Shown here piece by piece: positions 63,902 through 64,000 of a stretch of 64,000 bases of DNA. The translations under genes were made by a program, and so were the position numbers. The stretch comes from an uncultured Thermomicrobium sp. (GTDB lineage: Bacteria; Chloroflexota; Chloroflexia; Thermomicrobiales; Thermomicrobiaceae), in contig CALIMB010000002.1 in NCBI GenBank assembly GCA_938028665.1, positions 33,258-97,257 on the forward strand. Reading direction: 5' to 3'. Positions within the stretch are counted from its first letter, which is position 1; every line of letters begins with the position of its first letter. The notes under the pieces were generated by a model that saw only the letters and a list, made by a program, of their open reading frames with translations, searched no databases and had not been told where the DNA came from.

Positions 63902-64000
63902 CAGAAGGCGGGGACACCGGCGCAATGCGTTGCCGAAATCGACTTCCCGGCGTCGCTGTTGCGCTCTCGGCACTCCTCGGTTATCTCGTCCTGGCTGTTT
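63898..64000 (+). CDS. 5' end of a hypothetical membrane/secreted protein (runs off the window)
   Basis: The ATG overlaps the ispH stop (ATGA). MTEGGDTGAMRCRNRLPGVAVALSALLGYLVLAV... looks like a signal or TM segment. Confidence 0.35.
   Translation, partial: MTEGGDTGAMRCRNRLPGVAVALSALLGYLVLAV

Noticed and set aside
1-64000. tRNA, rRNA, tmRNA, RNase P and SRP RNA genes
   Set aside because: I scanned the intergenic regions by eye for T-loop GGTTCGAnTCC (and its complement), RNase P GAGGAAAGTCC and the SRP/tmRNA hallmark strings. None was found, but visual scanning is not exhaustive, so tRNAscan-SE/cmscan should confirm.

Overview
High-GC bacterial chromosomal segment. The protein repertoire and the secreted-protein repeat modules look Chloroflexota/Thermomicrobia-like, but that is inference only; no search was run. 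About 50 protein genes are supportable, mostly housekeeping. They include a truncated APC permease, a tandem Usp, TerC behind a yybP-ykoY (Mn2+) riboswitch, thrC, mutM, a HIT protein, an aroQ / M24 peptidase / efp / accB / xseA / xseB block, and leuA-leuC-leuD-leuB behind a Leu (CUC) T-box. Also present are queF, a three-gene sugar ABC uptake set, mutL, a DegS/DegU-like two-component pair, nfo, rmlD, a HAD hydrolase and ispH. Envelope, secreted and signalling genes include two BNR beta-propeller proteins, S1 and S8 proteases, a GH18-like protein, a clan GH-A hydrolase, a GT4 and a GT-C-like membrane protein, a membrane-fused EEP protein and a GAF-PAS-GGDEF-EAL protein. No rRNA, tRNA, cas genes or intact mobile element were recognised. 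Seven things look most worth a second look. (1) Four ~66-nt-spaced hairpin-forming direct repeats sit in a 755-bp non-coding spacer (23.33-23.56 kb). (2) A divergent GroEL/cpn60 paralogue with altered ATPase residues is tightly linked to a cytoplasmic BNR propeller, downstream of the sugar ABC genes. (3) A full-length amidase-signature homologue has lost its catalytic motifs, yet it is still an open frame with the next gene's SD-like sequence spanning its stop codon. (4) The S8 protease gene is flanked by ~0.9-1 kb of decayed DNA, including an IS5-family (PWRDLP/DUF4096-type) transposase relic. (5) A Leu-rich mini-ORF and a GC hairpin lie between the T-box terminator and leuA. (6) A peptide-binding-protein gene is decayed by multiple frameshifts. 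(7) Two short AT-rich islands carry palindromes. All functional calls come from motif reading by eye; no database search was possible.
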